A DNA stretch of 64,000 bases, filler included, from Octopus bimaculoides (Eukaryota), in the NCBI RefSeq assembly GCF_001194135.2. It is 5 parts of 5 records of this genome, joined end to end, with 100 filler letters (N's around TTAATTAATTAA, not from the genome) between each part and the next. Parts side by side here need not be neighbours in the genome. Positions count along the whole stretch, not along the records: positions 1 to 10,976 come from NC_068998.1; positions 11,077 to 20,213 come from NC_069007.1; 3 more parts are not named here. One strand, given 5' to 3'. The translations under genes and the position numbers were made by a program. This document shows positions 1-13,113 of the stretch, one piece after another (position 1 is the stretch's first letter; each line of letters starts with the position of its first letter). The notes beneath the pieces were generated by a model. That model worked only from the letters and a program-made list of their open reading frames with translations. It did no database searches and was not told where the DNA came from.

Positions 1-480
1 GTGGTTTTTCTGATGGCAGCCCTTTCGTGAAATCCGACTTTGTACAGCTCCCGGCGAACAGGTTTTGTGGAAACTGGCTCTTGATGTGGTAATTAAGTAC
101 TGCAGTAATTTTGGGAGCTGTACATTTGTGATCCTTTCCAACAATTCGCGTAAGAGTCCGACAGTCCCCATATGAAAGTTTTGCTTTAATTCTGGAGTTT
201 TGTTTCAACGGGGAGGTTTTGCCCTCTTTGTCAAAGGCTGTCATTACTTTCTAGACTGTCATTACTTCATGATACACAAAACATTGCAGCTCTTTTCGTT
301 ACGCTAGCGCTTGCCTTCGAGCACCAACAATTTGACCTCTTTGAAAGTCCGATGTACCTGTCATTAATAATAAATTGAAAAATAACATAAAAGTAAATAT
401 GCATTTGACGGTTTTATAGCTATTTCAAAATTATGATTCTCTGATACTAGGTCTTTCCATTATTTTATCCAACCTCTAGA
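1..480 (-). mobile_element. Tc1-like DNA transposon, 5' part (TIR plus degenerate N-terminal transposase), runs off the window
   Basis: Minus-strand translation gives MTGTSDFQRGQIVGAR..ASVTK...RTLTRIVGKDHKCTAPKIT...RKP, with stops and frameshifts. This resembles a Tc1 paired/HTH region. A TIR-like AGAGGTTGGATAAAATAATGGAAAGACCT lies at ~450-478 (-), next to TA. Confidence 0.8.
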
Positions 481-1009
481 TATATATTTGTTGCAACAAA
501 ATTTTATATAGTTCTATATTTAAAAGATGAGGAATTATGTACATTTTTTTTATTATTTACATTTGACGGATATTTGTCCTCATCTTCTTTCTTGTTAACA
601 CAACGTTTCTGCTGATATACCCTCCAGCCTTCATCAGGTGTCTTATGGAAATTTCGAACTTGGGTTGACTCCCAAGGCATTTTTCGATATTATTATTATT
701 ATTGTTGTTCTTCCGGTCACTGCCTAGAATCGAACTAGGGATCGTGGGGTTAGTAGCCCACGCTCTTAACCATCACTCCATATGCCCACGGGCATATGGC
801 GTAGTGGTTGCCTTTATTTGGAGGCCTAAGGATTTTTGGAATACCATTGTTAAACTGATGCCCGCTCCTGACAAACCACATGATGATTATATCAGATCGT
901 CAGCTAAAATGGGCGCTTATTCTTGCACATTAGAAGTCCGTGTGTCGCCAATTGCAGCCACGTTGAAATCGAACGACCTGGGGTCGTTTAGTAAGTGACA
1001 CAGACAGAC

Positions 1010-1990
1010 TATATGTACCAAGACAAAGAGGGGGAAGAGGACTTATTGGATGCGAACACAGCATTAGAGCAGGAGAAAACAACATATCATGGTATGTCAA
1101 AAATGCAACAAAAGCGCTATTATTAGACGTAAGAAGGTCAGGCTTGTGTAGGATGAAAGATNNNNNNNNNNGGATGCGAACACAGCATTAGAGCAGGAGA
1201 AAACAACATAGCATGGTATGTCAAAAATGCAACAGAAGCGCTATTATTAGACGTAAGAAGGTCAGGCTTGTGTAGGATGAAAGATCGCAAATATAAAGCA
1301 TCATACAAGAAATTGAAAACGAATGAATCTGAAAATAGGTGGGTAAAGAGAAGAAAGCATGGTCAATCTGATAGGGATGTTGAATATAAGACACATAGAG
1401 AAAATAGATGGCTGTGGATGACTAAAATTGATTTAAAACCGGAAAGGAAAGTTCTAATCTCAGCTGCCGAGGGTCAAGCACTAAGAACAAACTACATAAA
1501 AGATAGGATAGACAACACAGCAGAAAGCAATAAGTGCAGAATCTGTGGAGAAAATGGTGAAACCGTATGGCATATTACCAGCCAATGTACGCCATTAGCC
1601 CAGAAGGAATATAAGAGACGCCTCGATAATATAGCCAGGCTTGTCCATTGGACATTTCGCAACAAGTATGGACTTCACAGAGCAAACATTTGGTATGACC
1701 ACAAACCTGTAGCATCGTCGAAAATGGAAATGCAAAGATCCTATGTGATTTCATGATTCAATGCCACCATGAGATAGAGAATAGTAAGCGAGACATAGTC
1801 TTAATTGAGAAAGAAAACAAACTATGCTGGATCATATATATAGCATGCCCAGCCCACAACAATGTATGCGACAAGGAAGAAAGAAAAGTCGAGAGATATG
1901 ACAGGTTAGCTTGGGAAGTTAAGCAGTTGCGGTTGATAAAAAGGTAGCAGTAGTACCAATAATTGTCGGTGCCCTGGGAGCAGTTAGCGA
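1010..1990 (+). mobile_element. R4/Dong-like non-LTR retrotransposon fragment (C-terminal CCHC knuckle and restriction-like endonuclease), degenerate
   Basis: ORFs 1268-1756 and 1753-1947 read CRICGENGETVWHITSQC, KRRLDNIARLVHW, WYDHKP, RDIVLIEK and K(V)ERY. They continue as VVPIIVGALG in another frame. Confidence 0.85.
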
Positions 1991-2682
1991 ATTCACTTAG
2001 ATATTCCTTTGCCTGTTTTGTTACTGAGTATGATGCTTTCCTGTTTTCGTGTTTAGGGACATTTTTTAAGATTCAGTCCTCAGAGTTTTTCAGGTAGATA
2101 TCTAGGCCAATTGTGGCAAACTTCATTGTTAATGCCTATTGTAAAGTCCAAGGCCTCCCTCTTTTCTTGGCAAATAAAGCGGTTCGAAGCTGTGTGTTTT
2201 CTGCAAGTGCTCCACCCTTATTTCAGCCCCTATTTGTTCCACATACTTCTCGAGATCTGATGTTGCTGCGTGTGTGTAAATTGCGGCCTTAAGAATATTA
2301 TTCCACTACTACCGTAGTTGAATGACATAGCTTTATTTAAATAGACAGTTCACACAGCGTGAGTTGTTACTGATACACACACGACTATCTTTACTTGTTC
2401 AGCATGCAAACAAGCTTATTCCTCCATCTTGTGCATACAAACATGCTTATTCATACACTTGTTACTTTGGCAATCAAATCTTAATGGGATTTTTGGATCA
2501 CTGTAATTAACCCACCTTCTATCCATTTTAGATCAGGTGGACTCCAGGTAACTTTTGATTAAATTCCCAGAGGAAGTAAGGTAAGAGATCGAGAGTGAAA
2601 TTGAAGGAAAATTCTCGGCTCCAGTTCTGTATTAGCACTATATTTGTTTATCATTATAAGTATTAATAACTTTTTAATCAAG

Positions 2683-2885
2683 ATGGCGAGCTGGGTGAAT
2701 CGGTAGCGCGCCGTACGAAATTCTAGGTGGTATATTACCTATCACTAAGTTTTGAGTTCAAATTCCGCCAAGGTAGACTTTGCCGTTTATCCTTTTGGGG
2801 TCGATAAGTTAAGTACCAGTGAAACACTAGGGACGGTGTAATCGACTAGTCCCCTGCCCACCAAATTTCAGAAGTTGTGCCTTTA
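2683..2885 (+). mobile_element. tRNA-derived SINE, family B (central GCCTTTCATCCTTTCGGGGTCGATAAA..AGTACCAG block, Meta-domain-like)
   Basis: Similar to copies at 12065-12250, 18255-18455, 26880-27327 and 51845-52275. It has a GAGTTCAAATTCC B-box. Confidence 0.8.
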
Positions 2886-5800
2886 GAAGTAATGGTTATT
2901 ACGTTGTTAATCGACCTTGAAATGACCAGAGTGTATCTCAGTGACATTGAAATGGAGCAGAACGTAGATTGCAATTCTTTTACTCCGACACATTAACGAT
3001 TCTGACAGTGGAACACACAATTGCAATTCACTCAACCAATTGCAACTCTTACACAAGGAAATCAATTCCTGAAAAGCGTATATGCATGTATATATATATA
3101 TATATATATAATTCGTCGAATCGAATTTAAATTTGTATTATACTGGCAATTAAACACTATCTCCTTCCTATATGCAGATGAAAACATCATTCATTTATTA
3201 ATTCTAAGGTTGATTTTTTTGTATTGAAACGAAATTAATGTTTACGAAATGAATAGAGGAGTTTGATAAAAAAAGAATTACAGTTAAAAAGATATTAAAT
3301 TAAAACTTCTTACTTATAATGGAAAAATTAATTAGATTTCTTTCGTACTGTTATAATCAGCATAAACTGATATTTTAAACATTTCAACTGAATTCATTCA
3401 GCCTATTTTTGTTATGCCGATCTGCTATTGGTTTGCTAAATTCTCTGCTATATTATTTCCAGTTCAGTATATTATGTATTTTTACACTCGAGCTGACAGT
3501 TGGCCCACATTTTAGTTATGACTCACATTTTGGATTGTCAATGATATGTCTAGGCATTTAAGTGATCAAAATATTTTTTGGCGCTTTTGGAAAATGCTAC
3601 ACTTTTACAATATAATTAGGGAGTGAAGCGAATAGATCATGATCGTTTACTTGTTTATACCTTCAGGCACACTGTTAAATGCAAATGAAAAAAGTATGTA
3701 AAAATCGCAAATGAAACAGAGACATTGATTCACCTGGTGGAGAAGTTAAAATGGATCATGGATTAAATCTTCAAGCTAAGTATTCTGGGAACAAGCACGA
3801 TGAACAAACAAAGAGTGCATGGCATCTCCCACGACTTTCTAACGTCTCTAGGATTCTACTCTAAACGAAACGAAATGGTTGAAATGCTACGATATTAAAG
3901 GTATGATTTGGACACAGGTTTTAGAGAGACAAAGCTAACACCTCAAATTATTGTATATTACACTCTAATGAAGTAACAGCAGCTAATGTAGTTAACGGAC
4001 GATCTGTTAATTTAAACTGACCAACGCAAAATATTTTGAACATGTAGCAATATGTCGATTGATTTATATCTTTCATATGCAAGACAAAATGTGTTGCCTA
4101 TTACTGAAACCGTAAAGTCACAAAACTACCAATACAACAGGAGAATGTTTCAAGCGTTATCCTAGAATCAAAGTTACATCTTTCGAGTTCTAGAACACAG
4201 CTTTCTTGCTTAATCTAACGTCGTTGCATGAACGCATGGAGGAATGTAGTTTCAAAATAGGTCATTAGGTAATTAAGTCAAATTAGGTAATTAATACTCT
4301 GTATTGATTACAACAGTTGTGAAGTACGACACGTTACCAATTTGAACACTTCGAGAAAGAGTTCAGGTGAAGAGAAATATGTTGAAACGAAATACTGTTG
4401 CAAACATATGTTCCACTCACAGAGATTGACTAAAATTCCTTATTAATGAGTCGGAGGTAAGAGAGAAATTATTTAGAGGAATAAATACATGAAACTATAC
4501 GACAGACAAACCTAATTCTTGTTGGTGTCTATTGCATAGAAGCAGTACACAATATTCATGCCACCTTTTAAATGTGCATGAAGGAATTTTGTTCCAAACT
4601 TGACCCCAATTTCTATTAAAACCACCGTTGTTTATCGTTCTGTAGTGTTGACAGAATCTAATTCAGACGTTTAGTACTTACCACTCGAGGTGGTAAACAA
4701 TAAATGCTAAATTCATAGACACGAAATCGCCAATAACTTTAAATTTCCTGCTAATATTGATTTTTAACGTAAATGCTTCGAGCTGCCTTAGAATTTAAAA
4801 TCGACAACTGGAAATCAAAACGCTCACCCAAACCTGAATAATATGATTCTTACAGCTTGCTGTAAAATTCTTTCACAAGTAACATAAAATTAAAACCATT
4901 TATACGAATTGGCGTTCGTTTTTATAACGGAAGATAATGTGATTTGTGTCAATTTTGTATTCATTAGAAAACTATTAAATAAGAAAGAAGTGAAAATGTA
5001 GTTTAATCATGGTTTCAAAACAGAACTGTCAATAGTTCGTAGAAAGTCTACGAACTATTGGTTCAGTCATGTGCAGCATAATTTAGAAGGTCGAATGAAA
5101 TATGGCGTACACTCTAATGAATTTTGAACGTTTGANNNNNNNNNNNNNNNNNNNNNNNNNNNNNNNNNNNNNNNNNNNNNNNNNNNNNNNNNNNNNNNNN
5201 NNNNNNNNNNNNNNNNNNNNNNNNNNNNNNNNNNNNNNNNNNNNNNNNNNNNNNNNNNNNNNNNNNNNNNNNNNNNNNNNNNNNNNNNNNNNNNNNNNNN
5301 NNNNNNNNNNNNNNNNNNNNNNNNNNNNNNNNNNNNNNNNNNNNNNNNNNNNNNNNNNNNNNNNNNNNNNNNNNNNNNNNNNNNNNNNNNNNNNNNNNNN
5401 NNNNNNNNNNNNNNNNNNNNNNNNNNNNNNNNNNNNNNNNNNNNNNNNNNNNNNNNNNNNNNNNNNNNNNNNNNNNNNNNNNNNNNNNNNNNNNNNNNNN
5501 NNNNNNNNNNNNNNNNNNNNNNNNNNNNNNNNNNNNNNNNNNNNNNNNNNNNNNNNNNNNNNNNNNNNNNNNNNNNNNNNNNNNNNNNNNNNNNNNNNNN
5601 NNNNNNNNNNNNNNNNNNNNNNNNNNNNNNNNNNNNNNNNNNNNNNNNNNNNNNNNNNNNNNNNNNNNNNNNNNNNNNNNNNNNNNNNNNNNNNNNNNNN
5701 NNNNNNNNNNNNNNNNNNNNNNNNNNNNNNNNNNNNNNNNNNNNNNNNNNNNNNNNNNNNNNNNNNNNNNNNNNNNNNNNNNNNNNNNNNNNNNNNNNNN

Positions 5801-5949
5801 NNNNNNNNNNNNNNNNNNNNNNNNNNNNNNNNNNNNNNNNNNNNNNNNNNNNNNNNNNNNNNNNNNNNNNNNNNNNNNNNNNNNNNNNNNNNNNNNNNNN
5901 NNNNNNNNNNNNNNATAGATAGATATATATATACGCATACACATGCATA

Positions 5950-6115
5950 CATGCACAACAGGCTTCTTTCAATTTCAGTCACACAAATTCTCTCACAAAC
6001 TTGGTCACCCAAAGACTATTATACGAAACACTTGCCTAAGTTGCCATCTAGTAAGACTGAACCTGGAACTATGTGGTTGGGATGCAAGTTTTTAGCACTC
6101 GGCCACACCTCATGA
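5950..6115 (-). mobile_element. SINE family A head, degenerate
   Basis: Reverse complement matches the head of the full copy at 35686. Confidence 0.65.
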
Positions 6116-9100
6116 TATTTCTTGCAGCATAAATATAGAGAGAAATCGAAGTGAGATATGTATAAAAAATACGAAATATTGTCCAAAACATCCCATATTT
6201 TTTACGATATAAAAAATTACTAGTTTTGTCGGGCCATTGATATTTCAATATACCGACCGTAATCATTTTATTCTGCTTTATTCTTGCTAGCATTCTTTGA
6301 ACATTTGGCAAATATGTTGACAATATTATATTTCGCTGCCTATATATTTGATAGAACATGTTTCCACAGTATACTGATACAGAACTCTATATCGTTGTTG
6401 AAAATTTAGATTCACTCTAGTTTTCTTCAAACGGAAATTAATTCCATAACCTATATAGACAAATTATATTCTACACATATCTTTGTCCTCTTATAATTCT
6501 ATTCATTACATTTCCGCCGGAGATGCTTCATTCTACTTACCATTGAAATCGTCACAAACGAATGGAATTACAATAAAAAATATTAATCCGAGCTTTAGAC
6601 ACCATAACACATCAAGCCTATCCTAGAATTTATCTGACAGACCTATACTATTGTTTCTTGAATTCTTCCTGTGTGTGTTCGTTTATGTCATAAAATATAT
6701 TCTATAAAAATATATTCTATATTCTACGGACATTGAGAAACATGTAATATTACTTCAAATTATTTGGCTTTGAAAACTTTCGTCAAAATATTGTTAAACT
6801 CAGGTGTATACTTACCTATCAGTACCAAGTGCAAATTTCTTCTATGATTCATTATTTCAACATGGAACTGTAGATCAGGAATCACGTTCTCATTTTCTGT
6901 AACAAATTAAGTTTATTTTTCATTTAAGAAAACAACAGAATACAAAAGATCTTTCATCATACTCATGAAATTGCAGATGTAAAGAAATTCAGGTCAAAAC
7001 TATCATGTATGTTCATAATATCAAGTGCCATAATACGATATAATACAAATTCTCTATGTCGATAAGATATGATCCTAGTCATATTTATTAGCAACTCTGT
7101 GCCTTTCCACATATTTGGACGGGCTGGGTAGATGTATGAAGCTGGTAATTTGAAGAGAAAGTGTAAGTGTAGAATACAGCATTCTTTTTCATAATGAGTG
7201 ATTCTTACGAAAAATGAACTGTTATACATGGTACTTAATTCGTATTAGATTTAAATATTGCAACTTAATCCGCATAGTAGGAATAACGGACTGGAAACTA
7301 ATGAATATGTATGTTATATGTGCGTATTCATCTAACTGAAATCGGGCTGGGAAAAGTTTTCATTACACGTCATTACAAGAAAACATTCGAAGATAGAAAA
7401 ATTTACCCACACCTGGCCGAGTTTTAGCTTTCTTCGTAGTCCTACAGCAACCATTAGAAAGCTATAAAATAAAACGTTTAATACCTCATCAGTGGAAGGG
7501 ATACTAAAGTTTCCAGCCTTCTGTTAATGTAACAGTTAAGAAGGTAGTTGCTTTGTTGTTTATATTCAATGACTTACAAAAATTATAATTTCGGGGAAAA
7601 ATGGATTAGGGTTACGCTTTTTCAGTCATTTCATTTCACATTATGAAAGCCTAAACGTAATAAGGAGAACGCCTTCCATGTACATAATCCGTTTCTAAGG
7701 TTCGGAAAACTTTCTATCGATTTGTTAATTATATACACACTTTTATAATCGAGCATATTAGAGGATCCCCTTGACGTCATTTCTACGTGTAAATTGTTTA
7801 TACTCAATCGTCTACGCCAGTATTGCCCCGGGAAAGAGAGAAACGTTCTCTAAAGTAAAAGTGTAGTACTTACCTTATCATTATTTACCCATGACATTTG
7901 TAGTAAATATAATGCTTTCTCAAATAATAGAGGAGAGATAGATACATATGTAATAAGTGTCTATACTATATCATACATATGTTTTCAAACCACAATATTA
8001 TCCCTCCGCTACAGTACCATTTATTCAAGTGAGCATGTTACTCACCATTGAAAATTAGCATATCGAATACTTTCTTGGTTATTTGGTCAATATTATATTA
8101 AGAGGGTATAATCAGTCTAATTGAGGGATTAACTAGGAAATTGGGTTTGCAGACCTTAAAATCGAACGGATCTTTTGGGGGATCAACTTTTCCGTTTCGC
8201 AATCCATCATTGATTTTGATAGCCATTAAGAGGCTTGATTGTTAATAGATTTCGAAGTGTTGGAACTAGCTTTTCTATAGCTTTTATGCAATAATTTGGG
8301 TATAAAATTTTCATACTTCCTGTGAGTCATTGTGTATGTTTCCGGTTCTTCAGTAGAAGAAGCACGGCTGATTTCTTGAACTTGTTTAAACAATTTCCAA
8401 ATATTTTCATTGAAATAAGTATCGTTAACGCCTTCTTGAGGTTCTCCAGTAGTTGTTTGTGAACCGGGCGTTCGTTAGTGTCTATAGCATATATGTTGGG
8501 GCTCCTCAGAACGTCGAATCGGCCGACCTTCCTCATGTTTTTGTGGAATGTCCATCGTATGCATTAGAGTACTCGTTTTCAGTGGCATGTGTTACAGATA
8601 ATGTAGCTCATTAGTCGTAGATACTCTCTAGACGCTGTATTGGCTCCATCTCCGAAGATCTTAACTGGTTGAGGAATAATAATACACTTGGAATAGTACG
8701 CTTGAAAGTGCTGCACTTAAATGATGATAACCCTCATACTGCTATCTCGAAGGCCATCGTCAAACCGCATCAAGTACAATAATTTGTTCGCCTTCCTTTG
8801 TTTGTTTACAATTACGAACTCTCTCTTTCACACACGCACACACACACACGCACACACGCATGTATGAGTGACTGTGAGCGTGTTTATATGCGTGTATAAA
8901 AGAGAGTGTGCATAAGAAAGTGTGTGTGTGTATATATATATAAATGCACTGTACCTATGTAAAAGTACTAACATAGCAATTTGCATAATTTGGGTTATTC
9001 ACGTAACCGCTTCCAATAATTTAACCAGATATTACAAACCTATGATCTAGTGCTTCACGTCCAGGTTTTCACAGCCTTTAGAACATAATTAAAGACTGCA

Positions 9101-9697
9101 TTCTGATTTCATGGTAGTACGTTTTCATTTTCGATCGACCAGTTACATTTAGGTGTATATCTCAAATAAATTAGACTTAAATTCTTAAAAGAAAATTTAA
9201 AAAATCAATATTGAGAAACGTGCTCCTAGATTTTTATTGTAGTTGTAAAAAGGCCGAATATCAAGTGTGGAACATTTGTGGATCATGGATTTTGCCTTAT
9301 AGGAGTTAAACGGATCAGCTACCCCCACAAGTTTCCAGAATATTCCTCTTTTCGGTTTAAGCGTGTTATGTTCAATATTTTTACACTTATGCTTCAAGTA
9401 AGATACAATATTCTCATAAGCTGACACAGTATTAGAGAAACTGGGAGAAGTCACCATAATTTAACACTGGGCATATCAAGTCTGATATACTGCATTGTAT
9501 ATAACTAAGAAATATTTCTTACAATATAGAATTTGATGCTAAAGTGATTGCATCTTACAACTCAATTACTATATCTGTGGAGCATACCTCGTCTTTCGAT
9601 TACTAAACGTTTTTTAAGAGGTGAGTTCAAAGCAACAATCACCAGAGCAATGATACAAATACATACTGTATTCATGAATATGAAAGAGAGAGAGAGA

Positions 9698-9734
<37 letters not shown>

Positions 9735-11020
9735 AGTGCACCAGATTAAAATTACAGTTGGGCATCAAAACAAATTTATCTGCTTACATATCTGCAAAAG
9801 AACTTTGGTTCCTTGGAGTCATAATATAAATAGCTATACATCGATGAGTTCATGAATTATTCCTTGCCATTCCTTCCACAAACTACAGATGATATATCTG
9901 CGATTTAGTACAGAACACACAGTAGAACAATAGCGAGTAATAATAATATGATTATGGGGTAGGAAATATTCCATATTTCTGGAAATCTTTACTGCCAGAA
10001 ATTGACTCTGAGTAGTCATGTCACGTCACTGTCGAAGCAGTGAAAAGAGGGGGAAGTAGTGAAAGAAGAAAAGTTAACATAAGTTGTTTATTGCACGAGA
10101 CTCTAGAGTAACGTGATCTGTTGAAATTATACTATATGTAGCAGGGAGAAAATATTTGCGTATCTCTCTGTCAGTAGATGCAAACAACTAGCGGACGAGA
10201 AGTTGCAAATTAGGTGAATGGTATTTCAGGAGATACTGAATATAATGCTTTCACGTGCAGCTGCAGAAATTACAAGGTTACTCAGAAATGTATCAAAACA
10301 AAAGCATCTTGCTAGTGTGTACGTTACAACAGGTCCATGCACACTTACGGACATACATACACATTCACACACATACACTTATGTACATATACATATAAGC
10401 ATAGGCGTGCATTTATTAGTATATATATGTAAGAATGTGTACTGGCAGGTGTATCTGTAAATGTCTGTGTAAGTTTTTGTGTGTGCGTGTTTATATGTCA
10501 GTGAGAATGAGGAGGAAGGATGAATATAACAATTTCAGAATGTTTTAATTGCATGTTTTGATTTAGTATCATTCAGTCTAATGAACTTAATTATCATTTA
10601 TGGTGTTCGAGAAAGGATATGTTCCCCTCAATATCCGTTTCGCGTAACATGTAACATAAGTGTTTGATGAGGACAACACTTTTTCCAATTTCAAAAATGC
10701 ATAATTTATAAGGCATTGTGTAATATGATGCATAATCGGGTGTGCAGTGAAATGTTACTGGCATAGTTTTAATCAGTATTAAACTTACACCATACAAATA
10801 ACTTAAGGCATCATCATTATTTTTACTTTTACCCTAGGAATATAGGTATTAACGCATGAGAGCAGTAATATACACTTTGATTCCGTGCAGCATTACAATG
10901 TACCGTACGGAGTTACACAATTAACACTAGTTACTAAATACAAAATTACGTTATATATATATATATATATATATATNNNNNNNNNNNNNNNNNNNNNNNN
11001 NNNNNNNNNNNNNNNNNNNN

Positions 11021-11032
11021 TTAATTAATTAA
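11021..11032. other. Artificial scaffold-join marker (N44-TTAATTAATTAA-N44)
   Basis: The identical 100-bp construct recurs at 20258, 48149 and 61761. The 12-mer is palindromic and has stops in all six frames. Confidence 0.9.
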
Positions 11033-11100
11033 NNNNNNNNNNNNNNNNNNNNNNNNNNNNNNNNNNNNNNNNNNNNGGGGGGTTAAGTACAATAACTTAC

Positions 11101-11160
11101 CTTGACAGAGTTCAGGGCATGAAACAAAGCAGTGAGTTGTTTTTTGATGGTGGGCTGATT
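11101..11160 (-). CDS. TERT: TERT exon i (after motif 2): NQPTIKKQLTALFHALNSVK
   Basis: Acceptor tctcctttcAG, donor AAG|GTAAGT, 60 nt, phase 0-0. It aligns with the human LTSRVKALFSVLN region. Confidence 0.85.
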
Positions 11161-11234
11161 CTGAAAGGAGATAAAATTCTCTGTAGTGCAGTGTCTTGAG
11201 AAGGAAGAGCTGTAGGTATATGCAGATCATAGTC

Positions 11235-11615
11235 ATCACCATCGTTTAACGTCCACTTTCCATGCTAGCATGGGTTGGACGATTTGATTGAGGACTGGTG
11301 AACCAGATGGCTACACCAGGCCCCAATCTGATTTGGCAGAGTTTCTACAGCTGGATGCCCTTCCTAACGCCAACCACTCCAAGAGTGTAGTGGGTGCTTT
11401 TACGTGCCACCTGCACGAAGGCCAGTCAGGAGGTACTGGCAACGGCCATGCTCAAAATGGTGTATTTCACATGCCACCTGCACAGGAGCCAGTCCAGCGG
11501 CACTAGCAACGATCTCGCTCGAATGTCTTTTCACGTGCCAGGAACGCGAAGCTGTGGCACAAGTACCAGGAAGGCGACGCTGGTAACGATCAGGCTCGAA
11601 CGGTGGTGCCAAAAT
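11235..11615 (-). mobile_element. RTE 3'-tail element (5'-truncated RTE or RTE-tail SINE) with ~62-bp internal repeats and (GAT)n end
   Basis: Homologous to the 3' UTR of the RTE at 59420-59830 and to 48205-48412. Confidence 0.85.
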
Positions 11616-11937
11616 GCATATATATGAAGTTTAAATCCCAGGAGATTCATAACGGATCAAAGCATATCAAAGTGAAGCATGCAACAAACTGGTTAGACAG
11701 AATGATGCAAAACAGACAGTTAAATAATCCATTCTCTAAGCAAGGGGACATCAATGAAAAGTCCACTGCTGTTAGGTAATCCACAATTCCATTAGTATCC
11801 AAAAGTAACCAAAATTATCCATAGTTGAATGAAAATTTAAGCATGACGTAATAAAAACAGATGAATGGGTTATCTGATATTTTCTACTCTAGGCACAAGG
11901 CCTTAAAATTTTTTTTTTGGGGGGGGGGNNNNNNNNN

Positions 11938-12250
11938 NTTATCGACACCGAAAGGATGAAAGGCAAAGTCAACCTCAGTGGAATTTGAACTCAAGAACGT
12001 AAAAACAGACAAAATACTGCTAAGCATTTTGCCCGGCGTGCTAATGTTTCTTATTTCTTTATTGCCCACAAGGGGCTAAACATAGAGGGGACAAACAAAG
12101 ACAGACAAAGGGATTAAGTCGATTACATTGCCCCAAGTGTGTAACTGGTACTTAATTTATCGACACCGAAAGGATGAAAGGCAAAGTCGACCTCGGCGGA
12201 ATTTGAACTCAGAACGTAGCGGCAGACGAAATACCGCTAAGCATTTTGCC
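11938..12250 (-). mobile_element. SINE family B, two adjacent pieces
   Basis: TTATCGACxCCGAAAGGATGAAAGGCAAAGTC block present twice. Confidence 0.8.
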
Positions 12251-12426
12251 CGGCATACATATATATATAACAAAGAAACATGTATTTATTTATTTATGTG
12301 TTTCAGCCAAGTGGCTGCGGTCATGCTGGTGCACCAGCAAGTAATAATAAAATATTTTGACTACAATTCACATAAAAAATTAATCAATAAAAACATTTCA
12401 TAGTAAGAAGTTAAAAGGAAACCTAC

Positions 12427-12549
12427 TCTCTTTGGTGTCATTTTCCAATTCATATTTGTGACTGCTCGTATCGACTGACCTTTGGGTAGGAATCTTACGG
12501 TAGATATACCCAGACTGCTACCCTCTTTAATCGCTTCATCGGCATATGC
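12427..12549 (-). CDS. TERT: TERT exon h (RT motifs 1 and 2): AYADEAIKEGSSLGISTVRFLPKGQSIRAVTNMNWKMTPKR
   Basis: Strong acceptor ttttctctttatAG, donor AGA|GTAGGT, 123 nt, phase 0-0. STVRFLPKGQSIRAVTNM aligns without gaps to human SRLRFIPKPDGLRPIVNM. Confidence 0.93.
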
Positions 12550-12817
12550 CTATAAAGAGAAAATACAAAATAAACAGGGTTCACACACACACACACAAAA
12601 TTGAAAGAATGATAGAAACTAAATTATTGATTTTTCGAATCCTTCACTTGTATGCTTATCAGCAAAAGTTAATTGAAATATAAGATATCGTTAATACAGC
12701 CCTAACATATCAGGAATTCAAACCCAAACTACAATTAAAAATCGTGCAAACAATTAAATACAAGTTCAGAATTAAATAACCAATACAAAATGTGAAAATT
12801 AGTGAAAAAGTTGAAGT

Positions 12818-13017
12818 CTGTGTGGTAAGTAGCTTGCTTACCAACCACCCAACCACATGGTTCCGGGTTCAGTTCCACTGCATGGCACCTTGAGCAAGCC
12901 TCGGGCCGACCGAGGCTATAGTAGAAGACACTTGCCCAAGGTGCCACGAAATAGGACTGAACCCGGAACTATGTGGTTCGTAAGCAAGCTACTTACCACA
13001 CAGCCACTCCTATGCCT
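12818..13017. repeat. Fold-back of two SINE-A heads in opposite orientation
   Basis: The + strand head at 12818-~12897 is complementary to the - strand head ending at 13003-13017. The centre is GCCTCGG-GCCGA-CCGAGGC. Confidence 0.85.
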
Positions 13018-13075
13018 ATTATATATATACATATACATTCATATGTACACACAAGGATGTTTTTGTTTATCTTAC

Positions 13076-13113
13076 CTGTTTTATAGGTGTCATCATTTCT
13101 GAAGAAATCAAAT
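13076..13113 (-). CDS. TERT: TERT exon g (38-nt mini-exon): (D)LISSEMMTPIKQ
   Basis: Acceptor aaaatttcAG, donor CAG|GTAAGA, phase 1-0. It bridges exons f and h. It also gives the same 42-residue spacing as human TERT from five residues into the VWSKL/IWSCV block to the end of motif 1. Confidence 0.85.

Noticed and set aside
700-1000. tRNA-like sequence and 98-aa ORF
   Set aside because: It consists of degenerate back-to-back SINE heads without a full cloverleaf, and the ORF is incidental.
1048-1285. 114-bp direct duplication across a 10-N gap
   Set aside because: The copies differ at only two bases and flank a minimal gap, which is typical of overlapping contig ends or two haplotypes. It is an assembly artefact.
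6541-6625. FVCDDFN and LWCL peptides resembling TERT motifs C and E
   Set aside because: The order is wrong, there is no LxRLVDDFL or WCG match, the upstream frame has a stop, and no motif A or B' exon precedes them.
9197-9457. 86-aa ORF faintly like a Penelope RT segment
   Set aside because: The similarity (STLDIRPFY) is too weak to call.
9787-10019. SVLNRRYIICSLWKEW resembling the TERT pre-motif-A segment
   Set aside because: There is no phase-0 acceptor in a suitable position, and the frame stops before any K.D motif.
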